From Candidatus Sumerlaeaceae bacterium (lineage in GTDB: Bacteria; Sumerlaeota; Sumerlaeia; Sumerlaeales; Sumerlaeaceae), in NCBI GenBank assembly GCA_049968255.1, contig JBMFRB010000002.1:160001-224000 (forward strand): 64,000 nt of DNA, given 5' to 3'. Both the position numbers and the translations under genes were made by a program. The notes under the pieces are model-generated. The model saw nothing but the letters and a program-made list of their open reading frames with translations. It was not told the origin of the DNA and did not search any database. This document shows, piece after piece, positions 9,938-20,064 of the stretch (the stretch's first letter is position 1; each line of letters begins with the position of its first letter).

Positions 9938-11443
9938 ATGCAAATCAGTGTTGTTTCGCTTCGTAAGGTTCGCCGCTACCACCGCAATTCTCTCCTTGCG
10001 CTTGTTCTGAAAGATTTTGCTCTGGTGCAGTCGCATATTCCCTCTACGTTGTCCGACGCTGGCTTGGCCTCCGTCCTGGGCCGTGTTCTTCCTCTTTGCG
10101 ACAAAGAAGAGGCGCCCGACCTGTTTGCGTTCATAGGACCCGAGATGTTACCAGAACACTTGGCGATCTTTGTCCCTTCGCGGATGAGGAATATCCCCGA
10201 GGACGAAGCGCAGCGCTTGATCGGCGCGCGCGTGGTAAAATATGCGCGAGATCTTGGTGTGCAACGTGCCTATGTGACGGCAATGCCGGGGCTATCTCAC
10301 GACGTTTATCTACGTGTGGCAGAGGGCGCTGTCCTTGGTGGCTATTCGTTTACGCGTTACAAACGTACGGTTGAGCAATCTGGGGTCAATGTTTCACTTC
10401 TTTGCGACGATGCCGACTACAGCCTACTCCGCAAAAAGCTGGTGGATGTGCTGGTTGTGGCCGAACATCAGAATCGCATCCGCGATCTTGTGAACGAAAC
10501 GCCGACGGAGTGTGGTCCGAGGCGGCTTGTTGAAGCAGCTCGTCGCCTAGGCCAAGCTGTCGGACTTGAGGTTGAGATTCTTGGGCCTCGTCAGCTGGAG
10601 CGCAATGGCTACACAGGTGTGTTGGCCGTAGGTAAAGGCGCCGATGAGCCTCCTGCTATGATGATCTTGCGCCATCCAGGCGCGCGGAAAAAGTCTGGTT
10701 CGCGCTTCGCCCTGGTTGGTAAGGCGGTGACGTTCGATACCGGGGGCTACTGCCTAAAACCAGGAAAAGATATGTGGGAGATGAAGGGAGACATGGCGGG
10801 TGGTGCAGCTGTGCTGGGCGCTATGGCTGCCCTTGCTCAGTTAGGCGTTGGCAAAGAAATTGTTGGCATTATTCCCTGTGCGAAGAATCTCGTGAGCAGG
10901 ACGGCTTACCTTCCAGGCGACGTCATCCGAACCAAAATTGGAAAGACAGTTCATGTGACCAACACCGACGCCGAGGGCCGTCTCTTGCTTGCTGACGCCC
11001 TGATACGGGCGGGCGAAGAAAACGCTTCCGTCATTGTGGACGTGGCAACCTTGACGGGCTCCGTTGTGCGAGCCCTAGGTGCTGCGGTGGCGGGAGTCAT
11101 GGGCAACGACTCGCAGTTGGTTCGCGCCATCATGTCTGCTGGTGCAGCAGTTGGAGAGGCGTATTGGGAGCTTCCCCTCGTTGCGGAATACAAGGAGCAG
11201 CTCAAAAGCGACGTTGCGGACCTAGACAATGTCGGGAAATCTCCCAATGCGGGCGCCATTGTTGGCGGACTTTTCCTACAGGAGTTTGTTCCCGAAGGCA
11301 CAAAATGGGCTCATCTCGACATCGCTGGCCCATTCTTGGTTGAAAAGCCGTGGCGTTACTACGGCCCAGGCGCAACGGGCTTTGGAGTTCGCACTCTCAT
11401 CGAATTTGCGACTCGGTATGTAGGGGAGTTTTTGGAAGGTTAG
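9938..11443 (+). CDS. pepA: Leucyl aminopeptidase (M17)
   Basis: VGKAVTFDTGG, MKGDMAG, NTDAEGRL, DVATLTG, WAHLDIAG. Confidence 0.95.
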   Translation: MQISVVSLRKVRRYHRNSLLALVLKDFALVQSHIPSTLSDAGLASVLGRVLPLCDKEEAPDLFAFIGPEMLPEHLAIFVPSRMRNIPEDEAQRLIGARVVKYARDLGVQRAYVTAMPGLSHDVYLRVAEGAVLGGYSFTRYKRTVEQSGVNVSLLCDDADYSLLRKKLVDVLVVAEHQNRIRDLVNETPTECGPRRLVEAARRLGQAVGLEVEILGPRQLERNGYTGVLAVGKGADEPPAMMILRHPGARKKSGSRFALVGKAVTFDTGGYCLKPGKDMWEMKGDMAGGAAVLGAMAALAQLGVGKEIVGIIPCAKNLVSRTAYLPGDVIRTKIGKTVHVTNTDAEGRLLLADALIRAGEENASVIVDVATLTGSVVRALGAAVAGVMGNDSQLVRAIMSAGAAVGEAYWELPLVAEYKEQLKSDVADLDNVGKSPNAGAIVGGLFLQEFVPEGTKWAHLDIAGPFLVEKPWRYYGPGATGFGVRTLIEFATRYVGEFLEG

Positions 11444-11470
11444 GACTGAGCGAGCTGGAGGTGCGGGAAG

Positions 11471-12211
11471 ATGTGGTCGTCGTTCACAAAAGACGAGAAA
11501 AAACTTTTCATCTTTCTCCTCCTTCTTTTGGGTGTAGGCGCCCTCGTGCTTCCTTACTTCGATGAGCGTCGCAGGACCGACATTTTCACGGCCCAATCGG
11601 TTGCGGATGCTAAACGTACTGCCGAGCGACAAGAATCGGGGCGTGCACTGCGTACGCAAACGGGCGCGCGAGGTTCACAGCGCAATGGGCCCCTCGATCT
11701 CAACACAGCAACCGAGGCTCAGCTCGTCGCGCTGCCTGGCCTAGGTCCCGTGCGAGCAGCTGCCATTGTTGCGTATCGAGAGCAATACGGGCCATTTGCT
11801 TCCTTACAGGATTTGGGCAAAGTACACGGCATCGGCAAAGCAACTCTCCGCGGGCTCGAAGGATTTGTCACTGTAGGGCGGCCCAACGTTGGAATAACTA
11901 CTGGTGTTGCTGAGCAAAATTTGAGGACATTTGGTTTCACTCCGACACCGATTGCCATCCTGCCAACGAAGCCACAGTCGGTTTCGTTTCTGCCATCACC
12001 ATCCCCGGCGCTTGCTAGTGTGCTCGATTTGAATTCTGCTACCGTGCAGGAACTGGCCGAGCTCGAACAAATTGGCCCGATCTTGGCGCAGCGTATAGTT
12101 GATTACCGCAATCAGCATGGGCGCTTTTCGAGCGTGGAGGAGCTCGACAAGGTGCAGGGCATTGGGAAAAAGCGGATTGAACGAAACCGACATCGCCTGA
12201 CAGTGCGCTAG
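11471..12211 (+). CDS. comEA: ComEA-family DNA-binding protein with N-terminal TM and two HhH-pair domains
   Basis: LDLNTATEAQLVALPGLGPVRAAAIVAYREQYGPF and LDLNSATVQELAELEQIGPILAQRIVDYRNQHGRF. Confidence 0.88.
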   Translation: MWSSFTKDEKKLFIFLLLLLGVGALVLPYFDERRRTDIFTAQSVADAKRTAERQESGRALRTQTGARGSQRNGPLDLNTATEAQLVALPGLGPVRAAAIVAYREQYGPFASLQDLGKVHGIGKATLRGLEGFVTVGRPNVGITTGVAEQNLRTFGFTPTPIAILPTKPQSVSFLPSPSPALASVLDLNSATVQELAELEQIGPILAQRIVDYRNQHGRFSSVEELDKVQGIGKKRIERNRHRLTVR

Positions 12212-12217
12212 TGTAGT

Positions 12218-13348
12218 TTAGAGGTAAATCCGCGGCAGGCGCAGTCCCACTCTCGTGGTTAGCTCGTAGCCGATAGTTCCGATCTTGTCCGCTACTTCCT
12301 CTGCCCGGAGCATGAGATTACCACTGCGCCCAAAGGCGAGAACCTCATCCCCAATTACGACTTCGGGGATATCAGTCACATCGAGTAGAGAAAGATCCAT
12401 GCACACGCGTCCGACCTGTGGGGCGAGCACCCCGCGCAATCCCATCTGAGTTTTATTGCTGGCGTGTCGCGGGTAGCCATCGGCGTAACCAAGTGGCACT
12501 GTGGCAATGCGTGAGTGGCGGGTCGTGATGAATGTGTGGCCGTAGCTCAGGCCAGTGCCGGGCGGCACCTCCTTTACGAAGATCACTCGCGACTTCATGC
12601 TCATTGCCGGGATAAGATTCGGACGCGCGACAACATCGAAACTGGGCAACTGCCCGTAGAGACTGATTCCTGGCCGCACCGCATCAAAATGAGATTCAGG
12701 AAAATCCAGCAATGCTGCAGAGTTTGCCAGATGAAAACAAGGAATGCGAAAGCCGCCGGCCTCGATCGTTTCTCTCACATCCGCAAAGGTTGCAATCTGC
12801 CGGCGAGTAAGTTCGCGCTCAGGGGTATCGGCGCACGGAAGATGACTCATCACTCCAGCGATTGCGAGACAATCGTAACTGGCAACTTTTCGCACGAAAT
12901 CTATGACGTCACTTGGCGCGACACCAAGCCGCCCCATTCCCACATCAACTTTCACATGGACACGAGCGGGTTTGCCAAGAACTCTCGCCGCCGCGGCAAG
13001 CGCCTCGAAATGTTCCTGAGCACACACGACTGCTTCACACCCCAAACCAACGAGTAATTGTGCCTGGCCTTGCAGAGGTGGTCCGAAAACGAGCACGCGC
13101 GAAGCAATACCCGCGGCACGTAACTCGGCGGCTTCTTCGCATCGCGCGACGCACAAAACTGGCGCGCCCTCATCCAGCAAGGCACGAGCAGTAGGCACCG
13201 CGCCATGTCCATAGGCATCCGCTTTGATTACGCCAAAAACTAGGACTTGTGAGCTAACGCGTTTTCGCAGCTCGCGATAATTGTGGCGAATGGCGCTCAG
13301 ATCTATCTCCAGCCACGACAGCGGTTCAGCCTCAGCCAGTTTAGCCAT
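12218..13348 (-). CDS. alr: Alanine racemase
   Basis: VIKADAYGHG (PLP lysine), HVKVDVGMGRLG, RPGISLYG, GYADGY, GRVCMD. Confidence 0.97.
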   Translation of the reverse strand: MAKLAEAEPLSWLEIDLSAIRHNYRELRKRVSSQVLVFGVIKADAYGHGAVPTARALLDEGAPVLCVARCEEAAELRAAGIASRVLVFGPPLQGQAQLLVGLGCEAVVCAQEHFEALAAAARVLGKPARVHVKVDVGMGRLGVAPSDVIDFVRKVASYDCLAIAGVMSHLPCADTPERELTRRQIATFADVRETIEAGGFRIPCFHLANSAALLDFPESHFDAVRPGISLYGQLPSFDVVARPNLIPAMSMKSRVIFVKEVPPGTGLSYGHTFITTRHSRIATVPLGYADGYPRHASNKTQMGLRGVLAPQVGRVCMDLSLLDVTDIPEVVIGDEVLAFGRSGNLMLRAEEVADKIGTIGYELTTRVGLRLPRIYL

Positions 13349-13354
13349 TGTTTC

Positions 13355-13981
13355 TCACTCAGAGAGAAGGTCTCGATTTTTCCAGAGATACTGGAGTCCT
13401 GACGCAATCGTGAGTGTGATAATGACCACAAGCACAATCCAGAAAACAACGCGCAAGCCATACTCTGCAGTGGGCTGCCACGCTACAGAGTGCCATCGGA
13501 GGTAGTCGCGCAGACAAAGCCCAGCCAAGACAACTCCGATTCCCACGAGCTGACTGATTGTTTTGTGCTTCCCCAGATAATCGGCTTGAATGACTCGTCC
13601 TCGTTCGAGAGCGAGTGCGCGCAAACCCGTGACAAGAAACTCCCGTGCAAGAATCACGATAATTGCCCACGCGGGGAATATTGGTCGTTTCAGGTCGAGA
13701 TTAAGCTCCACGAATGCGACAAACGCCGACATGGTGAGAAGTTTATCCGCCAGAGGATCCATGAGCTTACCAAAATTTGTGACAAGCTGAAGACGACGGG
13801 CTAAATAGCCGTCAAGGAGATCGGTGAGGGCAGCGACGACGAAGACGAAAAACGCTGCGATGCGGCAAAAAAAGATAAGGTCGAGTCTAGTGGTGACATT
13901 TTCAAATAGCAGCAAGCTTACGAAAAGGGGGATCAAAATGATTCTCAATAAAGTTAGCTTATTAGGAAGATTTAGGTTCAT
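13355..13981 (-). CDS. pgsA: CDP-diacylglycerol--glycerol-3-phosphate 3-phosphatidyltransferase
   Basis: NLPNKLTLLRI; TDLLDGYLARRLQLVTNFGKLMDPLADK CDP-alcohol phosphatidyltransferase motif. Confidence 0.95.
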   Translation of the reverse strand: MNLNLPNKLTLLRIILIPLFVSLLLFENVTTRLDLIFFCRIAAFFVFVVAALTDLLDGYLARRLQLVTNFGKLMDPLADKLLTMSAFVAFVELNLDLKRPIFPAWAIIVILAREFLVTGLRALALERGRVIQADYLGKHKTISQLVGIGVVLAGLCLRDYLRWHSVAWQPTAEYGLRVVFWIVLVVIITLTIASGLQYLWKNRDLLSE

Positions 13982-13993
13982 AGGGCGACTTAC

Positions 13994-14560
13994 TTAGTCT
14001 TCTCCCGTGGCGACATAGAAATGAAGACTTGTATCACCATAGTTCTCTTTTCGGAAACGCCGGAGTCGTGCATAGCTCTCAGCCAGTTCCTCCCGCGGCG
14101 ATGCCTGGATGACCACGACCGCACTTGGCTCAAAAGGCAGGTGAACTGCAACATATTCAAGTGAGCGCGCAGCATCACCACTATCGTATGGAGGATCCGA
14201 GAAAACAAGATGGTATCGTGGCCATCCCGTGCTCTTCTGCATTTCAAGCCATCGCAGAACATTGGCTCGAAACACTCGACATCGTTGCTCGTAGCTAAGC
14301 TTAGCGATATTGCTTTGCAGCGCCGCCAAGGCCCTGTCCGCCTGCTCAACAAACGTGCAATGCGAGGCGCCGCGACTGAGTGCTTCAAGGCCGAGAGAGC
14401 CCGCGCCTGCGTAAAGATCGAGAACTGTTGCGCCAACGACTTCGTGGCGCAGGATATTAAAGAGAGATTCGCGGACACGTCCGAGGGTCGGGCGCGTGTC
14501 GGTCCCTCGTGGTGTTTTCAAAACAAAACCTTTTTTCTCGCCGGCAATGATGCGGATCAT
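13994..14560 (-). CDS. rsmD: 16S rRNA m2G966 methyltransferase
   Basis: MIRIIAG, TRPT, VRESLFNIL, LDLYAGAGSLGLEALSRGA, DPPY. Confidence 0.95.
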   Translation of the reverse strand: MIRIIAGEKKGFVLKTPRGTDTRPTLGRVRESLFNILRHEVVGATVLDLYAGAGSLGLEALSRGASHCTFVEQADRALAALQSNIAKLSYEQRCRVFRANVLRWLEMQKSTGWPRYHLVFSDPPYDSGDAARSLEYVAVHLPFEPSAVVVIQASPREELAESYARLRRFRKENYGDTSLHFYVATGED

Positions 14561-14663
14561 TAAAGCTCTCTTGGTCTGAATGTCTCTTCTCCTGCAACAG
14601 AGATTGCGAAGTTATTGTAAGGTTGTTCAATGCTGAACCGATGCCATCCACGGAGGATGATTC

Positions 14664-15038
14664 ATGCCACATGTGATTTTTCGGGGCGCAGTGGCGCTGC
14701 AAGATGCTTGGGAAGGCTTTACCCCTTTGCTTGTGAATGAGCATGGTTGGCTAACAAAGGTCACGGATTGTTTTCTCAACGGACGGCGGACATGCATGTT
14801 GCTTGAGAGCACTGCAGTGTTCCAGGGAGTGACACATAACTTTTATGTGCGCGTGGACCAGAAGCAGGATCAAGTGACAGTGCGAGTTGAGCCGCGAACA
14901 AATGTGGAAAAGAACGAAGGTGTTAAACGAGCCGTTGCCATCGTGTCGCGGTTTTTAGCCCAGCGGTTTCCTTATCTTATTTTTGATAAGTCGAATTTGC
15001 CTCCCGAAATGTTGAGTGAGCTGGAGGATAAACAGTGA
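14664..15038 (+). CDS. Hypothetical protein, translationally coupled to trmB
   Basis: 124-aa ORF with a GGAGG RBS upstream; its stop overlaps the trmB GTG start. Confidence 0.7.
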   Translation: MPHVIFRGAVALQDAWEGFTPLLVNEHGWLTKVTDCFLNGRRTCMLLESTAVFQGVTHNFYVRVDQKQDQVTVRVEPRTNVEKNEGVKRAVAIVSRFLAQRFPYLIFDKSNLPPEMLSELEDKQ

Positions 15039-15688
15039 GCTTTGGCGAGATCTGCGGCGCAGTGGGAGCACCTCTGAGCTACGCGGATTTGCAGGAGCTC
15101 GGCGGACTAACCGGAATTTTTTCGCGGCACGCGCCGTTGGAGCTGGAGGTTGGTTGCGGGCGCGGAGATTTTCTCCTTGCCTACGCCTCTCGGCGGCCGG
15201 GAGTGAATTTCATCGGTGTGGAGCGAAAGCTCGTTATTGCGCGACGCGCCGCGAGTAAACTGGGCCGGGCAGGCCTAACAAATGTGCGCATTATCCACGG
15301 CGAGATCGGCTATCTTGTTGATCGGTATCTCCCGATGAACTCGCTGCATGCGATCCATTGCTATTTCCCAGACCCGTGGCCAAAAAAACGCCATGCAAAG
15401 AGGCGGCTCTTTCGGGAGGGGACACAAGAGCTTTTCGCGAAGCTCCTCCAACCGGGCGGGTGGGTTCACATTCGCACCGACGTTCCGGCCTATTTTGAGG
15501 CGATCTGCGCTCTTTTTGACTCCTCGCCTCTTTTTCAGCAAGTGGAACCACCTCGCGATCTGGTTGATTGCCTCACCGGCTTCGAACGGCGCTTTGTGGC
15601 CGAAGGGAAGCCAATTTACCGCGTGAGCTATCGTAGAGAACCGATTTCCCAGTCTCGGTCTGCTTTGGTGAAAAATAAGGTTGAATAG
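15035..15688 (+). CDS. trmB: tRNA (guanine46-N7)-methyltransferase
   Basis: LEVGCGRG, NFIGVE, FPDPWPKKRHAKRRL, RTD, TGFERRF. Confidence 0.95.
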   Translation: MSFGEICGAVGAPLSYADLQELGGLTGIFSRHAPLELEVGCGRGDFLLAYASRRPGVNFIGVERKLVIARRAASKLGRAGLTNVRIIHGEIGYLVDRYLPMNSLHAIHCYFPDPWPKKRHAKRRLFREGTQELFAKLLQPGGWVHIRTDVPAYFEAICALFDSSPLFQQVEPPRDLVDCLTGFERRFVAEGKPIYRVSYRREPISQSRSALVKNKVE

Positions 15689-15757
15689 GCTGAGAGGGCT
15701 GTGAAGCCGTAGGGGAAGGGTCGTAAATTTGATGAAAAACTTTTGGAGGCAAGAAAC

Positions 15758-16723
15758 GTGCAACCGATTGTCGAGCGTGCCCTCGACGAGCATGGACGGC
15801 CGCCTGTCGTTTTTTCGGGAACTGGGAGCATCGAGCTAACACAAGCAATTTGCACCACCCTTGGAATCTCGCCTGGTGCTATAGAAATTCGGCGATTCAG
15901 CGATGGAGAGATCCGCGTCAAGATCAACGAGAGCGTCCGCGGTGCAAACTGCTTTGTCGTGCAATCCTGCTATACACCGGTGAACGAACATCTCATGGAG
16001 CTGTTCTTGATTCTCGACGCGCTCAAACGCGCGAGCGCGAAACAGGTCAATGCAATTATTCCCTACTATGGCTATGCGAGACAGGATCGCAAAGATGAGG
16101 GACGCGTAGCGCTATCCGCGCGCTTGGTGGCGAACCTTTTGACAGCTGCAGGGGCAACACGTGTTGTCGCAGTGGATCTGCATTCGGCACAGATTCAAGG
16201 ATTCTTCGACATCCCTGTGGATCATCTGTACGCCGCACCCGTATTGGTCGATTACATCCAAAAGCGCGGCTTTTCTAATTTCGTTGTCGTGTCGCCAGAT
16301 GTGGGAAATGTGAAACGTGCTCGTTCTTATGCTAATCGCCTCAATGCGCCGCTAGCTATTATTGACAAGCGTCGGCCCGAACCCAACGTGGCCGAGGTCA
16401 TGAATATCATCGGCGAGGTCGAAGGCAAAGACGTGTTCCTTTTCGACGATATCATTGACACGGCGGGCACGCTCGTCGGGGCTGCCGAAGCACTAAAGAA
16501 GCGTGGTGTCGGGCGAATCTACGCTTGCTGTACACATCCAGTGCTCAGTGGTCCCGCAAAGGAACGACTGGCCGCCTCCAGCATCGAGGAAATCATTGTG
16601 ACGGACACAATACCCCAGCGGAATAGTTTCCAGAAGTTGACAGTTGTTAGCCTTGCGCCGATGCTGGCCGAAGCTATCAAGCGGATTCATACGAACGATA
16701 GTGTGAGCACTCTGTTTCGATGA
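15758..16723 (+). CDS. prs: Ribose-phosphate pyrophosphokinase
   Basis: FSDGE, PYYGYARQDRK, DLHSAQIQGFFD, VSPDVG, DDIIDTAGT; GTG start behind GGAGG. Confidence 0.97.
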   Translation: MQPIVERALDEHGRPPVVFSGTGSIELTQAICTTLGISPGAIEIRRFSDGEIRVKINESVRGANCFVVQSCYTPVNEHLMELFLILDALKRASAKQVNAIIPYYGYARQDRKDEGRVALSARLVANLLTAAGATRVVAVDLHSAQIQGFFDIPVDHLYAAPVLVDYIQKRGFSNFVVVSPDVGNVKRARSYANRLNAPLAIIDKRRPEPNVAEVMNIIGEVEGKDVFLFDDIIDTAGTLVGAAEALKKRGVGRIYACCTHPVLSGPAKERLAASSIEEIIVTDTIPQRNSFQKLTVVSLAPMLAEAIKRIHTNDSVSTLFR

Positions 16724-17679
16724 ACCACGCACAGCGAAAAATCCGTCTCCGCGTTCCCGCCACCACCGCGAACTTGGGTCCGGGCTTCGATTGTCTGGGA
16801 CTAGCATTGCAGTGGTACAACTTTGTCGAAGTGACTGAGCAGACTTCCGATGAGCCGACTTTGGTCATCGACGGACAGGAGGCGCCTGAGGACTTACCGA
16901 GAAGTGCTGAGAATCTGGTGTGGCGGGCTTTTGCTCACGTGTTCCATCTTGTTGCTACCGCGGTCCCTCCGCTGACTATGCGCGTGACAATCGGGACGCC
17001 TATTGCGCGTGGCTTAGGTAGCAGCGCTGCGGCGATTGTTGGCGGAATGGCTGCCGCAAACTTTTTTCTGGGCAAGCCGCTTTCACCGGATCAACTTGTC
17101 GCAGAAATGATCGCGATGGAGGGGCATCCCGATAACGTCGTGGCATGCTACTATGGAGGACTAACGGCCTCACTGGTCACCGATTCAGAAGTCTACGTGC
17201 GCAAGTACTATCCAGCGGAGTCCTTGCGATGCGTGCTCATCGTGCCGGATTATCACCTCTCGACGGCCAATGCGCGGCAGGTTCTGCCACGCCGCGTTTC
17301 GATGAAAGACGCCGTTTTCAACATGGCCCGTATTCCGTTTGTCATTGACAAACTATGTACGGGAGACGTATCAGGACTAGATGTAATTATGGATGATCGC
17401 TTGCACCAGCCTCACCGGCGCAAGCTCATTGCGGAATACGATCTGATCGAATCAGAGGCGATGCGGGCTGGAGCTGCTGCAGTTTGCCTTAGTGGCTCTG
17501 GCCCCACTTTGCTTGCAGTAACGGAACGCGAGCGAGCCGCTAAAGTGGCGGATGCTGTAAAAAAAATGCTCATCGAGATCGGAAAGGCTTTCCGTGTCCA
17601 GATCGTCGCACCTGATTCACACGGGGTGCATTGCGAAGAGGGTGATGCCGCTTTTGCCACGAAATGTCCTGCTCCCTAA
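16720..17679 (+). CDS. thrB: Homoserine kinase
   Basis: VPATTANLGPGFDCLG, PIARGLGSS, EGHPDN, DRLHQP, SGSGPT. Confidence 0.95.
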   Translation: MNHAQRKIRLRVPATTANLGPGFDCLGLALQWYNFVEVTEQTSDEPTLVIDGQEAPEDLPRSAENLVWRAFAHVFHLVATAVPPLTMRVTIGTPIARGLGSSAAAIVGGMAAANFFLGKPLSPDQLVAEMIAMEGHPDNVVACYYGGLTASLVTDSEVYVRKYYPAESLRCVLIVPDYHLSTANARQVLPRRVSMKDAVFNMARIPFVIDKLCTGDVSGLDVIMDDRLHQPHRRKLIAEYDLIESEAMRAGAAAVCLSGSGPTLLAVTERERAAKVADAVKKMLIEIGKAFRVQIVAPDSHGVHCEEGDAAFATKCPAP

Positions 17680-17789
17680 TTTCCCAGCTGCCCGCGGAGG
17701 ATTATGATCATGAGCTCCGTTACTGTGGGGGGACGGCGGGCTTCCCCCCCTGCGACCATTTCCTTTCCGGCTCGCTGATGTGCGCTTGA

Positions 17790-18002
17790 TCACCACTCTG
17801 CGGGAGGAGGCGTCTTGGCGCGCGACTCGTTCGTCAGTGGTGTAGGCGAGAGGTCAGGAATCGGATAGGCTGGTGGAGGCACAGGGCGTTCAGTTCGGGC
17901 CCATCCAAACGTGTTTGTGCGTGAATTGTATGCACATCCACCAATGAAGAGGCTGGCAAAGAGCAGCGCTATGAAGAGAAGAATTTTCATCATAGGCCAC
18001 AT
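17790..18002 (-). CDS. Small putative lipoprotein
   Basis: Signal peptide MMKILLFIALLFASLFIGG-C with lipobox; short Pro-rich mature part. Confidence 0.6.
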   Translation of the reverse strand: MWPMMKILLFIALLFASLFIGGCAYNSRTNTFGWARTERPVPPPAYPIPDLSPTPLTNESRAKTPPPAEW

Positions 18003-18032
18003 TTACGATAGCTGGATTCCGGATGGTCAAGC

Positions 18033-19151
18033 ATGACTGAACGAAGACTCAGCAAGGTTTTGCTCGCGGCAGGTGGCACGGGTGGCCACATTCTGCCAGC
18101 GATTGCTCTCGGGCGTGCGCTAGAAGAAAGGGGCCTGGCAAAAGTCTCCTATCTATGCGGCCAACGGCCGGTGGAACTCGACCTCTACAGCCGCGAGAAC
18201 ATCGAGCCAATTGTGGTTCCCGTTCGGCAGTTGGGAGCTTCTGTGCTCGAACGACTACGTGGCGGCTGGGCCGCGATTGCGGTGACCTGGCGATGCAGGC
18301 GGTTGATCCACGAGGAGCGATTTGACGCGGTCGTGGGGATGGGGGGATACGTTTCAGGGCCGGCCGTATTGGCGGGGATCGTGACCAGACGCGCAACGGT
18401 TATTCACGAGGCGAATTCTGTGCCGGGCAAAACAAACCGCTGGCTGGCCCCATGGGTCAAGATGGTTGCGGTGAACTTTTCACGCACGGCCTCGCAGCTG
18501 CGCAGCAGACAATGTGAAATTGTGGGCATGCCAATTCGCAGCCGAATCTTGCATGGGTTTCGGGAAAAAGGAATAGAGCTTTTTGGACTCGATGCGCGCA
18601 AGCGAACCTTACTCGTTGTAGGGGGCAGCCAAGGCGCACGCAATCTCAACTACGCACTCGCTGGGGCGCTGCCCCTGCTCGACAGGCCGGAATTCTCGGA
18701 TGTGCAGCTCCTCTGGAGCACGGGAGCGAGTCATTACGACAACCTTGTAGGCTTGGTGAGTCGGCTAGGGCTTCAGCATTTACGTGTGAAATTGGTTCCG
18801 TTTATCGCGGAAATGGAGCATGCGCTCGCGTGTGCAGACGCGGCGATTTCTCGAGCTGGGGCGAGCGCGATTGCGGAGCTTCTTGCCACCGGTGTGTTTG
18901 CTCTGTATGTGCCTCTGCCAAATGCAATTTACGATCACCAGCGAAAAAACGCACTGGAACTGGTTTCTGCTGGACTCGGCATGATGTTGCTCGAGCACGA
19001 GATGACTCCCCAGACAACGATGTCTGCGATTGCCGAACTTCTTGCTTTAGCGCCAGCAAAGCGAGAGGCTGTGGCAGCAGCAGGGGAGATTCATCGCCAT
19101 GCGGCGGAGAAACTTGCCATGCTTGTGAGTGAGGCAGCGAATTCGCGGTGA
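18033..19151 (+). CDS. murG: MurG glycosyltransferase
   Basis: GGTGGH, GGYVSGP, HEANSVPG, GGSQGA, SRAGAS, HQRKNA. Confidence 0.95.
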   Translation: MTERRLSKVLLAAGGTGGHILPAIALGRALEERGLAKVSYLCGQRPVELDLYSRENIEPIVVPVRQLGASVLERLRGGWAAIAVTWRCRRLIHEERFDAVVGMGGYVSGPAVLAGIVTRRATVIHEANSVPGKTNRWLAPWVKMVAVNFSRTASQLRSRQCEIVGMPIRSRILHGFREKGIELFGLDARKRTLLVVGGSQGARNLNYALAGALPLLDRPEFSDVQLLWSTGASHYDNLVGLVSRLGLQHLRVKLVPFIAEMEHALACADAAISRAGASAIAELLATGVFALYVPLPNAIYDHQRKNALELVSAGLGMMLLEHEMTPQTTMSAIAELLALAPAKREAVAAAGEIHRHAAEKLAMLVSEAANSR

Positions 19152-19166
19152 GCAAATGAGCCTTTG

Positions 19167-19988
19167 TTATTGAGTTAACTTCGATCTCCAGCGGACGTAT
19201 CCAAGGAGACCAATCCCAAGCAGAATCATGATGGCGCAGAGGATTTGTCCCATTGTCATCCAGCCGAAATAGTAGGGAAGTTGCGGATCTTTCTCTCGAA
19301 AGAATTCCAACAGGAAGCGGATACAGCCGTACCAAAGAAGGGCCACACTTGTGATTGTCCCATGATTTTTGACGCGCCGCCGTATGGACCAGAGCAAAAG
19401 AAACAGAAGGATGCCCTCGCCCAAAGCTTCGTAAAGCTGCGAAGGGTGACGAGCTGACGTGTAGTTGAGGATGTTGCCCATGTCGTCGTAGATCGGAAAT
19501 CGCATGGCCCACGGCATGGCTGTGGGGCGTCCGTAGAGCTCGGCATTGATAAAATTGCCGAGCCGACCGAGCGCAATGCCTGGGGCCGCAGCAATGGCTA
19601 GGCTGTCCGTCAGATTTAGCAGAGGAAGGCTGTGGCGGCGGGCATAGAAATAACAGATGAAGATCATGCCGATGGCGCCTCCGTGAAACGACAGGCCGCC
19701 GTGCCAAATCGCGAAAGGGGTGTACCACCAGACAAACGGCGAGTCGGGTGTTGGCACATAATATACGAGCATGTAAATGCCCCGTGCGCCAATCAGCATT
19801 CCCAGAAAAAGAGAGAGCAGAAAACTTTCGATACGCGTTTCTGACAGGCGTAAAAAGTTTTCGCGCGCGAGTTTCCGCAAAATTTGCCATCCGATGAGAT
19901 AGGCGAGAACGTACATCACGCCGTACCACCGAATGCGTAACGGGCCGATACGCAGCAGCTCTGGGCCAATTTCGGGATACCGAATCAT
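19167..19988 (-). CDS. lgt: Prolipoprotein diacylglyceryl transferase
   Basis: IRWYG, GGLSFHGG, GRLGNFINAELYGR, RHPSQLYE, RFLLEFFRE, TMGQ. Confidence 0.96.
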   Translation of the reverse strand: MIRYPEIGPELLRIGPLRIRWYGVMYVLAYLIGWQILRKLARENFLRLSETRIESFLLSLFLGMLIGARGIYMLVYYVPTPDSPFVWWYTPFAIWHGGLSFHGGAIGMIFICYFYARRHSLPLLNLTDSLAIAAAPGIALGRLGNFINAELYGRPTAMPWAMRFPIYDDMGNILNYTSARHPSQLYEALGEGILLFLLLWSIRRRVKNHGTITSVALLWYGCIRFLLEFFREKDPQLPYYFGWMTMGQILCAIMILLGIGLLGYVRWRSKLTQ

Positions 19989-20064
19989 CTTGCGTGGATG
20001 CTCCGATTGATGCCAATCGCCTCGAACACGACACAGCGCCTTGTGTAGCAAAGTCTAGAGGATC

